Origin: Pseudomonadota bacterium
Lineage (GTDB): Bacteria; Pseudomonadota; Alphaproteobacteria; Sphingomonadales; Sphingomonadaceae
Assembly: GCA_040388515.1 (NCBI GenBank)
Contig: JAZKBQ010000004.1
Span: 182,382 to 246,381, forward strand
DNA: 64,000 nt
Direction of reading: 5' to 3'
In this document: positions 29,579 through 38,575 of the stretch, one piece after another
Layout of the letters: each line of letters starts with the position of its first letter
Numbering within the stretch: the first letter of the stretch is position 1
Translations under genes and position numbers: made by a program
Notes under the pieces: generated by a model
The model's input: the letters and a program-made list of their open reading frames with translations, nothing else
Told to the model about the DNA's origin: nothing
Databases searched by the model: none

Positions 29579-29761
29579 ATGGCGATTCTCGAACGGCCCG
29601 ACTTCTGGACGACGTGGGAACTGGACCCCGACGTGCGAATCGTGCGCGCCGTGTCGGTCAGTGGTGACGTGCGGCTGTTCGATCCGCCGGTCGGCCCTGA
29701 TGATATCCAGCTCGAACACGACAGCGACTTCACAACGGTCGAGATCGAAACGGTCGATTAG
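29579..29761 (+). CDS. Small hypothetical phage protein
   Basis: ORF 29519..29761 trimmed to MAILERPDFW (alternative start 29573). Confidence 0.4.
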   Translation: MAILERPDFWTTWELDPDVRIVRAVSVSGDVRLFDPPVGPDDIQLEHDSDFTTVEIETVD

Positions 29762-29985
29762 TGGCCTCCACAACCCTGGCCGATTACGAGACGAACGGGC
29801 TCAATATCCACCTGACCTGCAGCGGGTGCGGGAAGGTCAGCTACCGGTACACGGCGAAGCTGCGCGAGATATGCCATGCGAAGGGCATCGGTGAAGATGT
29901 CAGCGACCTTGCGACGCGCCTGAAGTGCGACCGTTGCGGAGCGCGCAACCCGTCGATCACCGGCGTTCGATCGATGTCGCCGTAG
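29761..29985 (+). CDS. Zinc-ribbon phage protein
   Basis: GTG start overlaps the upstream TAG. Cysteine pairs CSGCGK...CDRCGA. Confidence 0.5.
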   Translation: MASTTLADYETNGLNIHLTCSGCGKVSYRYTAKLREICHAKGIGEDVSDLATRLKCDRCGARNPSITGVRSMSP

Positions 29986-30017
29986 ACTCTCGCAGCGTCG
30001 CCCGATAGCCTCACACT

Positions 30018-30206
30018 ATGACCGTCACCGAGATCAACCGCCGCGTCGCCGCCCTAATTGCGCTGGATGATCCTGAGGCAGCCGCCGCAGGCGCGGACGA
30101 GCTGAGGGTGGACGTGTTGCGGGCGATCGCCGAGGGTGACGACAACAACGTCGCGCTGGCCAAGGCGGCGCTGCGCACGGTCGACCAGGATGTCGGCGGG
30201 CGTTGA
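30018..30206 (+). CDS. Hypothetical phage protein
   Basis: 62-aa ORF. Confidence 0.4.
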   Translation: MTVTEINRRVAALIALDDPEAAAAGADELRVDVLRAIAEGDDNNVALAKAALRTVDQDVGGR

Positions 30207-30394
30207 ACACGAAAGAGCCGGTGCGCTATCGGTACGTCACGCCAGGCGGGCGCGGCCGGTGGCGAGAAACCTTGAAAGAAGCGCGGGTGGCTGCCGCGAA
30301 GGCCGGGCACGGCTCGATCGACGAGCACAGCGGCACCGTGTTCCTCAACGTGCTGGTCGTGATCGAGGGCAGCGACGGGCGCGTGCTGAAGTGA
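30203..30394 (+). CDS. Hypothetical phage protein
   Basis: 63-aa ORF overlapping the upstream stop. Last gene of the plus-strand operon. Confidence 0.4.
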   Translation: MNTKEPVRYRYVTPGGRGRWRETLKEARVAAAKAGHGSIDEHSGTVFLNVLVVIEGSDGRVLK

Positions 30395-30399
30395 TCATG

Positions 30400-30415
30400 T
30401 TGCCGGCGCCGGCAA
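30400..30415 (+). terminator. 16-bp perfect palindrome after the last early-left gene (weak terminator candidate)
   Basis: TTGCCGGCGCCGGCAA, 6 nt after the stop at 30394. No clear U-tract. Confidence 0.3.
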
Positions 30416-30501
30416 AGTGATCCGTCCCATTTCGTCACACATACAGACTCGACTCTCTGAGCAATTCTTGAAACGCTCCCGTTTTTAACGGGGAAATTAC
30501 C

Positions 30502-31014
30502 ATGCGATTCGCGTTACTTGCAGCAGTGTCAGCGCTTGGGCTGAGCGTACCGGCATTTGCGGCCGTCACAGTCACTATAAATGCAAATGCCTACGGCACC
30601 TTCACGACTTACTGCACGGCCCAGACAACACAGTGCATGTCGCCACTCTTCCAAACCCCCTCAGGCAAATCGCTTTCGTACACGTTCAATGTTGCCTCGG
30701 TGACGGATGGCGGATCGTTTAGCTTCAATGATTTCAATGTCCCTCTGGGGCAAAATCCGGCCACGGTGTCCGGCCAATTCAAGCTTCAACCAGGAGGCGG
30801 CTACTCCGGCGTCAACCTTTCGTACTATCAGGACACCTACCGGTTCGGGGTTTCGCAATACACCGTGACCGATCTTCGCGCTCCTACATTCAGCGTCTCA
30901 TTCGCTGGCAATGTCCCGGAGCCTACGACTTGGGCCATGATGATCGGCGGCTTCGGAGCGATCGGTGCCGCGATGCGCTATCGCCGTCGCAAGGTCGCAG
31001 TCAGCTTCGCTTAG
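30502..31014 (+). CDS. Secreted PEP-CTERM (PEPxxWA variant) sorting-domain protein; prophage moron
   Basis: Signal peptide MRFALLAAVSALGLSVPAFA. C-terminus VPEPTTWAMMIGGFGAIGAAMRYRRRK combines a PEP motif, a TM helix and a basic tail. Visibly lower GC than its neighbours, with its own 107-nt upstream gap. Confidence 0.75.
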   Translation: MRFALLAAVSALGLSVPAFAAVTVTINANAYGTFTTYCTAQTTQCMSPLFQTPSGKSLSYTFNVASVTDGGSFSFNDFNVPLGQNPATVSGQFKLQPGGGYSGVNLSYYQDTYRFGVSQYTVTDLRAPTFSVSFAGNVPEPTTWAMMIGGFGAIGAAMRYRRRKVAVSFA

Positions 31015-33617
31015 GACGCAAGCTTCAGCTTGCACTGCTGCTGATAGCCCTGCGGACCCATAGGGCCGGTTCCACAGAAGAACCGGCCCGCCCGCAGGCG
31101 GCTGCCGACCATCTTGACCGGTCCGCCGGGGAAACCTCCGATGAACTTGCTTATGGCCACTGAGGTCGCGGCTTGCGCGGTCGCTTGGCTGGTCGGGTTG
31201 AAGTCCTCGCATTTGTAGAACCCGGCGTTCTCACAGAAGAAATAGATCGTCGGGAAGGTTTTGCCCGGTGCGGGTTTGCCCAGACAGAACGTCACGGGCT
31301 CGGCCGGCAGGTTCGTCAATGCAAACCATGCCGAGCCTCCGTTTAGCGAGCACAGGAAACGCCGCTCGGCCTCGTCCGCTGCTTCGTTGTCGCCTGGGCC
31401 GGTTACGTAGAGGTGCACGTTCGGAAAGCCGGTCACAACTTCCAGCTGGCAGTTGTAGTAATCGAAGTTGAGACCGTTGGGCGGGGTGAGCAGGTCCGAC
31501 AAGTTGCCCGCGCGCAGTCGGGTCGCGGTTTGAACTCCCGTCGTCATGTTGATTCGGATGCGCCAGTAGCCAGCGATTAGTGAGGCCGACGGGTCCTGCG
31601 CCCACACCTGAATATAGAAATCGCCGGGATTGTTCTTGTCGGCGACCAGGTGCTTCCGGTTGAAGCTGTAGACGTTGTACAGGTGCGCGTTATCGAATTC
31701 CGCGTTGATCGGCGCGCTTCCGAAGTCGACCTTCGCCCACGCTCCGAAATTGAAGCGGAACTGCGGCCGCCAGCTTCCGTCGACCGATTGGCCAGACACA
31801 ACTTCGGTTCCTGCATTGGAGATCGCCAGCACGCCCGCGGTGAAGCCCACGGTCGGTTGAGTGGCCGCGAGACTGTAGGCAACCGTGCGGGCAGACCGCG
31901 ACCAAACCTCACCTCCGGATCGCACGAACGCGGAATACTGCGGGTTGTCGATCGCGAAGTCGGCGTTGTTAGCGTGCGAAAACTGGGTGTCAGGATAGAC
32001 CTGCGTCGGAACGGCAAAGGTGCCGTCGGCAAGCTGCACGAACGACCACAGCGGGCGGTCATGGCACGCGCCGAGCACTTCCAGTTCATCGGGCGACAGC
32101 GCAATGCCAGCGCCGACCATGTTCTTGATCCCCTTGGCGAAGCCATACCACGTCGCCGCGGTCGCATCGGCGGGCGGATTCGTCTGACTGAAATACACGG
32201 ACACGCCATCGGGCAGGCACAGACGATTGTAATAGGGCATCCAAACCAGGCAGCCGTTCGCCATGTACTGGACCGAGGTGTAGCTGTTCGTAACCCAGTC
32301 GGCGTCTTCGATCAGGTTGACCGACTTGCCCCCGCCATAGTCAGCGGAAAGGTCGCTGAAGGTCAGCCCGCCGTCGGCCGAACCGCAGCGACGGCCAGCG
32401 CCATGTGCCGCAAAGACCTTGTTCCCATCGGAGTGGTGGCACGCGATACCAACGAGGCCGCCCGGAGCGGTGGACTTCGTAATGCTGCCAGCTGGCGCGT
32501 AGCGGTGCACCTCTGAAGGCACGGCAGTCGTCGAGAAGCTGGTCATCATCACGACGCCGGTCGCCGCGTGGACGTCAATATTCTGGACGGCAATCGGCGC
32601 GTTGTTTATCACGGTGACCGCGCCGGTGACGTTGTTGACCGAGAACAGCTTTGCGGTGCCTGGAGTGTGCACAAAATAACGGTTCATGCGGCCGGTCGCG
32701 CCATCGACGCCGGACGAGCGATCCCAGCACATGACCTTGGACGTGAAGGAGAAGGCGTTCTCGGTCGTCAGTCCGACGCCAGTCGGGTGCGCGCCGGACG
32801 TTCCGACCGCGTCGAACATCGATGCGAAGGTCGCGTCGGTCAGCAGCAGTGTGACAAGGTCGGAACCGGTGAAAGCGCCAGACGGCGGGGTGACGGTCCA
32901 ATACTTGATATCGGCATTGAAGTCGGTGCGAACCACGCCCGGCGTTCCTGGCGGGCCGACGAAGATTTTGCACGCCCGCTGCGCCGAGTTGGCCGTCTTT
33001 GAGCTGGCGCTGAAGCAGCCCGGCCGGTAGCAAAACGCCCGCGGAGCCGGGATTTCGGCCGCTCCAATCGTCGCCCAGGTTGTGCAACTGTCGTGCGTCA
33101 CGCGGACGCCTGCGGCATTTTCGGGACAGATCGCCAGCGTCGCCTTGCGCTGCGGATCGAAATCCATGCGCGTTGTCGCAACCATCCGGTCGTCGCGGTT
33201 CTTCGGCGTGAACGTCGAAAGATCGAGCCCGTGATTCGTGATCGTGACGAAGTCGGGCAGCTTGTTGAGGAAGCCCGGATAGCTGCTCTCGGTGTATGCG
33301 ACGAAGAGCTTGCCCATGCAGATCTGCGCCAGCGCCTGAACGCCCGACTGGTCGCACGCGGATATATCCCATGCCGCGATGTCATGGGCATTGCAGTCCG
33401 CAGCGACCATGTTGATGCCAGGAAGGCTGATGAGTTCCCAGCGTTCATCGGCGTATGCCATCTTCCGATACATCGGGGTCTGGTCGCTTGAGGTGTAAAG
33501 TTCCGGACGAGCGCGACCGCCTCGAGCGCGGATCATCCAACCGCCTGCCGGGATCTCGGGCCCGCCTGGAATCTGATCGAAGGCGCCTACCAGCGTGCCA
33601 TTGTTGAGCTGGATCAT
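31011..33617 (-). CDS. Large Cys-rich virion-associated protein (candidate tail spike / receptor-binding or depolymerase protein)
   Basis: ORF 31011..33767 trimmed to MIQLNNGTLVG (ATGA overlap with the upstream stop). 868 aa, last gene of the late operon. No confident family assignment by eye. Confidence 0.5.
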   Translation of the reverse strand: MIQLNNGTLVGAFDQIPGGPEIPAGGWMIRARGGRARPELYTSSDQTPMYRKMAYADERWELISLPGINMVAADCNAHDIAAWDISACDQSGVQALAQICMGKLFVAYTESSYPGFLNKLPDFVTITNHGLDLSTFTPKNRDDRMVATTRMDFDPQRKATLAICPENAAGVRVTHDSCTTWATIGAAEIPAPRAFCYRPGCFSASSKTANSAQRACKIFVGPPGTPGVVRTDFNADIKYWTVTPPSGAFTGSDLVTLLLTDATFASMFDAVGTSGAHPTGVGLTTENAFSFTSKVMCWDRSSGVDGATGRMNRYFVHTPGTAKLFSVNNVTGAVTVINNAPIAVQNIDVHAATGVVMMTSFSTTAVPSEVHRYAPAGSITKSTAPGGLVGIACHHSDGNKVFAAHGAGRRCGSADGGLTFSDLSADYGGGKSVNLIEDADWVTNSYTSVQYMANGCLVWMPYYNRLCLPDGVSVYFSQTNPPADATAATWYGFAKGIKNMVGAGIALSPDELEVLGACHDRPLWSFVQLADGTFAVPTQVYPDTQFSHANNADFAIDNPQYSAFVRSGGEVWSRSARTVAYSLAATQPTVGFTAGVLAISNAGTEVVSGQSVDGSWRPQFRFNFGAWAKVDFGSAPINAEFDNAHLYNVYSFNRKHLVADKNNPGDFYIQVWAQDPSASLIAGYWRIRINMTTGVQTATRLRAGNLSDLLTPPNGLNFDYYNCQLEVVTGFPNVHLYVTGPGDNEAADEAERRFLCSLNGGSAWFALTNLPAEPVTFCLGKPAPGKTFPTIYFFCENAGFYKCEDFNPTSQATAQAATSVAISKFIGGFPGGPVKMVGSRLRAGRFFCGTGPMGPQGYQQQCKLKLAS

Positions 33618-35269
33618 ATTCCTTCGTCTCCGTAGAGCGCGCCTGCTGGCTTCGTGAGGGTGCACTCGCCTGCAGTCGTGCGGATGCGAACGGCAGCGTC
33701 CCAGACAAGCGACGCGAAGAGAAAGTGCGACTTCGGCGACGCTGGTGCGGGCCGCCACGCGCCCCAACTTCCGTTTCGCCCGAAGCGGACCTGATGGTTC
33801 GGCTCGTCGTTATCGATTTGCCAAACGTCGCTGTTAGACCATGTGCCGATCGTGATCTCGTTCACACCCGTCGCGGATCCGCCCATCAGGACTGTCTGCG
33901 AATAGTTATTCAGGAACTCGAATCCGACTGCGGCACCCGAAGCTTGTGGCTTGGTCCCGACGGTGCCCCAGTCAGTGTAATCTTCCGACACGATGCCAAA
34001 CATGCTGGCGCCGTCGGGATCGATCACGCTCTTCGTGAACACCAACTCGTAATAGCGCCGCCCAGTCCGGTTCTGATTGACGCGGACGTTGCTGTAGCTG
34101 CCCGACGCGCCTGAATTCGTTCCCAGCTTGTTGCCCGCCGACAGCGCGATGTACGCGCTCTTCCGCGTCGCATCGAGGATGAGTGGGGCGGGTTCGAAAA
34201 GGTCACTGATGTTCCAGGTGAAAGCCTGGCGGAATTTCCGCCCGCTGAAATCGGTAAGGACGAACGTGATGCTGTACGCGGGTAGCGTTTCATAGTCGGG
34301 GCTGGTGACCAGCGTCGCGACCTTCGTCGTTTGATTGATCGAGACCAACCCGCCGTGGGTTCCTTCGGCCGAGAGGATTCCAGCCTTATTCGTGACCAGC
34401 TGGAAGGTTGGATTATCGTTGTTCTGACCAACGATTGTTTCGGGGGACGAGGTGCTGTTCGCCGATGTGATGAGTGGCGCAACCGGGTCATTCCATGCGT
34501 AGGTCGTCGTGTATGCCGAGATACGGACGCCGGCGCGCGCGACATAGAACCTGAAAAACCATGGAGCGCCCGTCGACAGGACTCCATATCCCAGCCCGGA
34601 AAGGGTCTGACCATTGGTGACGTTGCCGGGGATGGTGACGAAGCCGGGCGGCTGCACACCAGTCGCGAACGTGACGTCCTGCGACCACTCGGCATAGATG
34701 CGATCGCCTTCGGCCGCATAGCCCATGCCGGGCGACGGAGGACCGAATGTTGGTTCGAACACCGGAGGATTGGTTGCTGCAGGCGTACTGAGCGCCATCA
34801 GCGGCGCATCGACGAGGAGATTGACTGGCAACGGGAACGTGGGGGTGCCGCCCCCACTAGCTAAAGGGACAACAATCTCCGCTCCCAGGTCGTCGGTGAC
34901 GGCCACAGACCACACGAGCGATCGGTCTGGCTGCTGCGTGCCCACGATGCGGCGAGCCACCGCCGTACGGCCGCCGCTGAGCGCAGCATCACCGATCGCA
35001 AAGGCTGCGCGGCGTGAGATGCCCGTAATCTCGAGGCGCGTGATGCGCGTCTCGCCGTTCGGTGCGCGCTCGTTGACGACGAACGTATTGGAGCCATCGA
35101 AGGGCAGGGCAGGGTGGTCGAGGACGCCATTCAGGACGCCGCCACCCTGCGTGGTGGTGTCCGAACCGAGCGTGACTTCAGAGCCTGCTGTCAGGCCTGC
35201 GATCGCCGCCCGGAACGGGTAGCCCTGCACTCCGGTCGTAACGGCGAGCGTGAGCGCATTCAGGGCCAT
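33614..35269 (-). CDS. Tail-fibre-like protein with C-terminal SPRY/ConA-like lectin domain
   Basis: 551 aa. C-terminal RTGRRYYELVF...MFGIVSEDY...SDVWQIDNDEPNHQVRFGRNGSWGAW resembles SPRY/B30.2. Confidence 0.5.
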   Translation of the reverse strand: MALNALTLAVTTGVQGYPFRAAIAGLTAGSEVTLGSDTTTQGGGVLNGVLDHPALPFDGSNTFVVNERAPNGETRITRLEITGISRRAAFAIGDAALSGGRTAVARRIVGTQQPDRSLVWSVAVTDDLGAEIVVPLASGGGTPTFPLPVNLLVDAPLMALSTPAATNPPVFEPTFGPPSPGMGYAAEGDRIYAEWSQDVTFATGVQPPGFVTIPGNVTNGQTLSGLGYGVLSTGAPWFFRFYVARAGVRISAYTTTYAWNDPVAPLITSANSTSSPETIVGQNNDNPTFQLVTNKAGILSAEGTHGGLVSINQTTKVATLVTSPDYETLPAYSITFVLTDFSGRKFRQAFTWNISDLFEPAPLILDATRKSAYIALSAGNKLGTNSGASGSYSNVRVNQNRTGRRYYELVFTKSVIDPDGASMFGIVSEDYTDWGTVGTKPQASGAAVGFEFLNNYSQTVLMGGSATGVNEITIGTWSNSDVWQIDNDEPNHQVRFGRNGSWGAWRPAPASPKSHFLFASLVWDAAVRIRTTAGECTLTKPAGALYGDEGI

Positions 35270-35283
35270 GTGCGTACTTTCAG

Positions 35284-35712
35284 TTAGGCAGCGTCGCGCT
35301 TGGCCTGGATGGCTTCGACGATCTGGGCGTTGGTCGCGTCGTCGGCGTGTTCAACGCCTTCGTCCTTGGCGATATGGATCAGCTCGGCCTTGTTCTTGCC
35401 GGCGAGCGCGGGGCGATCGTTCGGGTTCGAACCGCCCGCTTTGCCGTTGCCGTCGTGATCGAGCGCTTCGACCTTTGCTTCGAGTTCGGTCACGCGCGCG
35501 GTCAGGCGGGCGTTTTCGGCCTCGAGTTCGGCGATCCACTTTTCAGACGTGCCGTCCGACTTGGCGTCGGCCTCGGTACCCAGATCGGGAACCGCGCCTT
35601 CGATCGTCTTGGGATCGAGATCGACCGACGCACCTGGTTCGATCCAGTGCGTGCCGCCGCCCTTGAGGTTAATGCCGCGCGGACCCGCCTGGTAATTGGT
35701 GAACGTCTTCAT
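35284..35712 (-). CDS. Hypothetical head-module protein with coiled coil and HeH/SAP-like C-terminus
   Basis: 142-aa ORF directly after the capsid gene. Confidence 0.5.
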   Translation of the reverse strand: MKTFTNYQAGPRGINLKGGGTHWIEPGASVDLDPKTIEGAVPDLGTEADAKSDGTSEKWIAELEAENARLTARVTELEAKVEALDHDGNGKAGGSNPNDRPALAGKNKAELIHIAKDEGVEHADDATNAQIVEAIQAKRDAA

Positions 35713-35729
35713 TCTCGTGCCTTTCGCTT

Positions 35730-35758
35730 GGGGCGGCCCGGACAGGCCAAGCCGCCCC
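35730..35758 (-). terminator. GC-rich stem-loop immediately downstream of the major capsid gene (attenuator/terminator candidate)
   Basis: GGGGCGGC-13 nt-GCCGCCCC in the 63-nt gap after the capsid stop. No U-tract. Confidence 0.4.
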
Positions 35759-35775
35759 GCCCCGCGCGAACGCGG

Positions 35776-36705
35776 TCAGATGTTGTCGCGGTAGCTCAGC
35801 GTCTTCGGACGATAGATCTCGAGCTGGCCGACGTTCATGATTCCGTCGACACGCCACGTCATCGACGAGGTCGCGAAGGGCTGCAGGAACTCGAACATGC
35901 CGGGCAGGAAGAACTCCATGTTGTCCGACGACTTCTCGTACGCGATCATGCGGTTCGTGCCCGAGGCACCTGCCGTCGCCAGTTCGCGGCTCGGACGGAT
36001 GTCGAGCGGCTGGCCGGTGATCGCGGTGTAGCTGTTGTTCTCCTTGAGGAACGTCAGCACCGTCTTGTCGGAACCCGAGCTTACCTGCGTGTTGTTCGCG
36101 TCCAAGAACTTCTGGGTCGGCAGCAGCAGGGCGTTGGCCTGTGCGGTTTCGCCCGAGTTGATGAAGACGTCGGTCAGCGCCGCATTCACGTCGGCGAGCT
36201 TCTGCGCCGGCGTCGCCGTGCCCCAGGTGCCCGTCGGCGCGTTCGCGGTCGGCACCGAAGCGTTGTTGATGAGACCGGTGAAGTTCTTGACGGTCGAGCC
36301 GCGAATGACGCGATCGTACACGAACTTCTCGGCGATCATGCGCGCGGCGGATGCTTTCTTGCCGTCGATCGCCACGCCCATCTTCGACGCACGGTTCACT
36401 TCCTGCAGGCTCAGCTCGTAGCCGACACCTGCGAGGTGGAAGCCGGTCGAACCCTGCGAGAGGTTGATCGACGCGTTCGGGATGTCGAAGCCCTTGCCGC
36501 CGATATAGTTGGCGACGCCAGCCAGATCGCCGGAATAGACCAGCGTACCCACATCCCACATGTCGCCATCGACATTGACGGGGACGAGACCGGCATAATC
36601 GAACGAAGGATACTTCGTCTCGAATACCGTGGTGTGAGTCCGATAGAGCGCCGGGATCGCAAAGCCTGCGGCCTGCTGGGCGTCGGTGAAAATCTTGCCG
36701 TTCAT
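35776..36705 (-). CDS. Major capsid protein (DUF2184-type, HK97 fold)
   Basis: 309 aa. Position follows the scaffold and cement genes. Sequence resembles the DUF2184 major capsid family. Confidence 0.75.
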   Translation of the reverse strand: MNGKIFTDAQQAAGFAIPALYRTHTTVFETKYPSFDYAGLVPVNVDGDMWDVGTLVYSGDLAGVANYIGGKGFDIPNASINLSQGSTGFHLAGVGYELSLQEVNRASKMGVAIDGKKASAARMIAEKFVYDRVIRGSTVKNFTGLINNASVPTANAPTGTWGTATPAQKLADVNAALTDVFINSGETAQANALLLPTQKFLDANNTQVSSGSDKTVLTFLKENNSYTAITGQPLDIRPSRELATAGASGTNRMIAYEKSSDNMEFFLPGMFEFLQPFATSSMTWRVDGIMNVGQLEIYRPKTLSYRDNI

Positions 36706-36720
36706 GTGCTTGAGCCCCCG

Positions 36721-37176
36721 TTACTGCTGAACGACGCGGATCTTCACGGGGGCGCCGGAACTGACGGCCTCCATGAACGTCGCAGGAATTGCGGTGTTGC
36801 CGCCCGACACCGAGGTGAAGGCGCCGCCGGAGGTCACGTAGACCGCGGCGTCCTTCACGACGTTCGCGCCAGCCGTGACCCAGATGTCACCCTGATCGAG
36901 CAGCGACACGTTGGCGTACTGCGGATACACGTCGGCCGCGCCGCCGATCGGAGGAACGACGCCGGCGTCGGCGATCGTGATGCCCTTGAACTTGGTGCCA
37001 GGTGTCGCGGTGAAGCCCCGCTCGTTCGTGCCGCTGAATGCAGCCTTGCCGAATGCGATGCCGCCGGCATCTTCGACGGTGCCACTCGGGCGCGACTGCG
37101 TATTGCCGTCGGCAAGCATGCCCGGGAAGCCGCGGGTGTAGTCCGTCGCATAGGTGCTCTGGATCGTGATCGTCAT
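36721..37176 (-). CDS. Capsid cement/decoration protein (DUF2190-like)
   Basis: Trimmed to MTITIQSTYATDY (AAGGGGA RBS). 151 aa, between the scaffold and capsid genes. Confidence 0.55.
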   Translation of the reverse strand: MTITIQSTYATDYTRGFPGMLADGNTQSRPSGTVEDAGGIAFGKAAFSGTNERGFTATPGTKFKGITIADAGVVPPIGGAADVYPQYANVSLLDQGDIWVTAGANVVKDAAVYVTSGGAFTSVSGGNTAIPATFMEAVSSGAPVKIRVVQQ

Positions 37177-37189
37177 GTGCCCGGTCCCC

Positions 37190-38338
37190 TTACTGAGCCG
37201 CGGCGGAAGCGGGCTGCTTCCACGCGGTGGACAATGCTTGCTTGCGAGCGTCGCGCGCCGTCGCGTATTCGGCCTGCGCATCGCCGAGGATCTTCGGCAC
37301 GCCGATGTTGTGAACGGTGTCCGCGTCGTTGACCTTGGCGTCCTTGGTCAGCGTCTCGAATGAGACTGCCACCTGGTCCGCGGTCCAATCCTTGGCGGCA
37401 TCGCCGACCTTCGCATCGACAACGGCCTTCATGATTGCAGGCTCGTCCATGGCGTCCGTGACGGTCACGCCAAGCGCCTTCGCCTTGTCGACAACGACCG
37501 AATATGCCTTCGCAGCATCGCGGAGAGCCTGCGGGGTCAGCTTTGCGTCCTCGACCTGCTTGCCGAGCGTGACGATCTGGGCGTCGAGCGTGGCCTTGTC
37601 GGTCGTGAGGGTCGCAACCTGCGTCTCGAGGCCGGTCACCTTGGCGGTGGCAGCATCGCGGGCGGCGAGGATAGTCTTGATCGTCGCCTCAGCCGTGTCG
37701 GCGTTGGCGATGTCGACGGTCAGCCCGTCAATCAACATTGTCTTCACGGGCTTCTCCTTGGTGAGACTGTCAAAAATGAATGGCGGGGCGGAGTCGCAGA
37801 CGGCGATCGCGCAGGACTCGCCGGCGCGGCCGTTCTGGACGACAGCGACATGGTTGCCCCCGATGATCTTGGACTGCCGAGCCTGGCACACAGTGCCGTC
37901 AGCAGATTTGAAATCGCCGAATTCGAGCGATGCCTCGTATCCGTTTGACAGCTGACGCTTGCCGTCGCCGACCTTGGAAATGGCGGCTTCGTCGGTCAGC
38001 AACAGGTCGAATGCCAGATAATCGCCGTCGCGCATCGCGCCCATGACGACGCCGCGTGCATGGTCGCGCCAATTGGCGGAGGTGACCGGGTCGGCAGGAT
38101 GATCGTCGGTGACCGGCTTCCCGATGAACGATCGCGCTGCGGACGCATCGAACACAGTTGCGTCGTCGCGCAGCACGTTCACGATGGCTGTATCGCGCAG
38201 TCCGTGGGCGTTCTCGGGATCGACCTCGCGACCGGTATATTGATAGACGCCGGTACGTGCCGCCTTGGCGCGCACCGCCAGATATCCGTCCCTTGTACGG
38301 TGTGGCGCGTCGAGCGTGAGACGATCATGCATCAGCAT
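37190..38338 (-). CDS. DUF2213-type prohead protease/scaffolding protein
   Basis: 382 aa. DUF2213-like N-terminal half. Ala/Lys/Asp-rich coiled-coil C-terminal half typical of scaffolds. Confidence 0.65.
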   Translation of the reverse strand: MLMHDRLTLDAPHRTRDGYLAVRAKAARTGVYQYTGREVDPENAHGLRDTAIVNVLRDDATVFDASAARSFIGKPVTDDHPADPVTSANWRDHARGVVMGAMRDGDYLAFDLLLTDEAAISKVGDGKRQLSNGYEASLEFGDFKSADGTVCQARQSKIIGGNHVAVVQNGRAGESCAIAVCDSAPPFIFDSLTKEKPVKTMLIDGLTVDIANADTAEATIKTILAARDAATAKVTGLETQVATLTTDKATLDAQIVTLGKQVEDAKLTPQALRDAAKAYSVVVDKAKALGVTVTDAMDEPAIMKAVVDAKVGDAAKDWTADQVAVSFETLTKDAKVNDADTVHNIGVPKILGDAQAEYATARDARKQALSTAWKQPASAAAQ

Positions 38339-38372
38339 GGGCGCGTTCGATACGGCTGAGCCGCAATCACGC

Positions 38373-38385
38373 TTAGCGCCGTCAG
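38373..38385 (-). promoter_or_regulatory. Late-region 13-nt motif copy 1 (CTGACGGCGCTAA on the coding strand)
   Basis: Exact copy. Starts 2 nt after the upstream TAA and lies 47 nt before the ATG at 38338. Confidence 0.7.
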
Positions 38386-38387
38386 TT

Positions 38388-38573
38388 TTAGGTAGAAGCT
38401 CTCACGATCTGCCGTTCACCGATCTCGGCGATGTCATCCTCGTCATAGTATCCGTCATCGCCGCAAATGATCCAAGTGCCCGCGCTGATTTCGGAGGCAA
38501 GCCACTCGGCCACACGCCAGTCGGAACCGACCTTGCGCCGGATCCAGTAAAACCCCGTTGCTCGCTTCGCCAT
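38388..38573 (-). CDS. Small hypothetical head-module protein
   Basis: Trimmed to MAKRATGFYWIRRK. Confidence 0.45.
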   Translation of the reverse strand: MAKRATGFYWIRRKVGSDWRVAEWLASEISAGTWIICGDDGYYDEDDIAEIGERQIVRAST

Positions 38574-38575
38574 GG

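Noticed and set aside
31011-31014. Overlapping convergent stop codons (TAG on plus, TAA on minus) as a functional antisense-regulation element
   Set aside because: The overlap is real in the sequence, but 4 nt gives no basis for a regulatory claim. It is noted only as evidence that no terminator separates the two units.
35347-37332. 661-aa plus-strand ORF. Similar long antisense ORFs occur at 39726..41126 (+), 49966..51381 (+), 58893..60290 (+), 15179..16777 (-), 6091..7164 (+) and 55804..56712 (+).
   Set aside because: These are typical GC-rich shadow ORFs lying opposite well-supported genes (capsid/scaffold, portal, tape measure, dnaB, TonB receptor, glcD, terL). Their products are Arg/Gly/Asp/His-rich low-complexity sequences.
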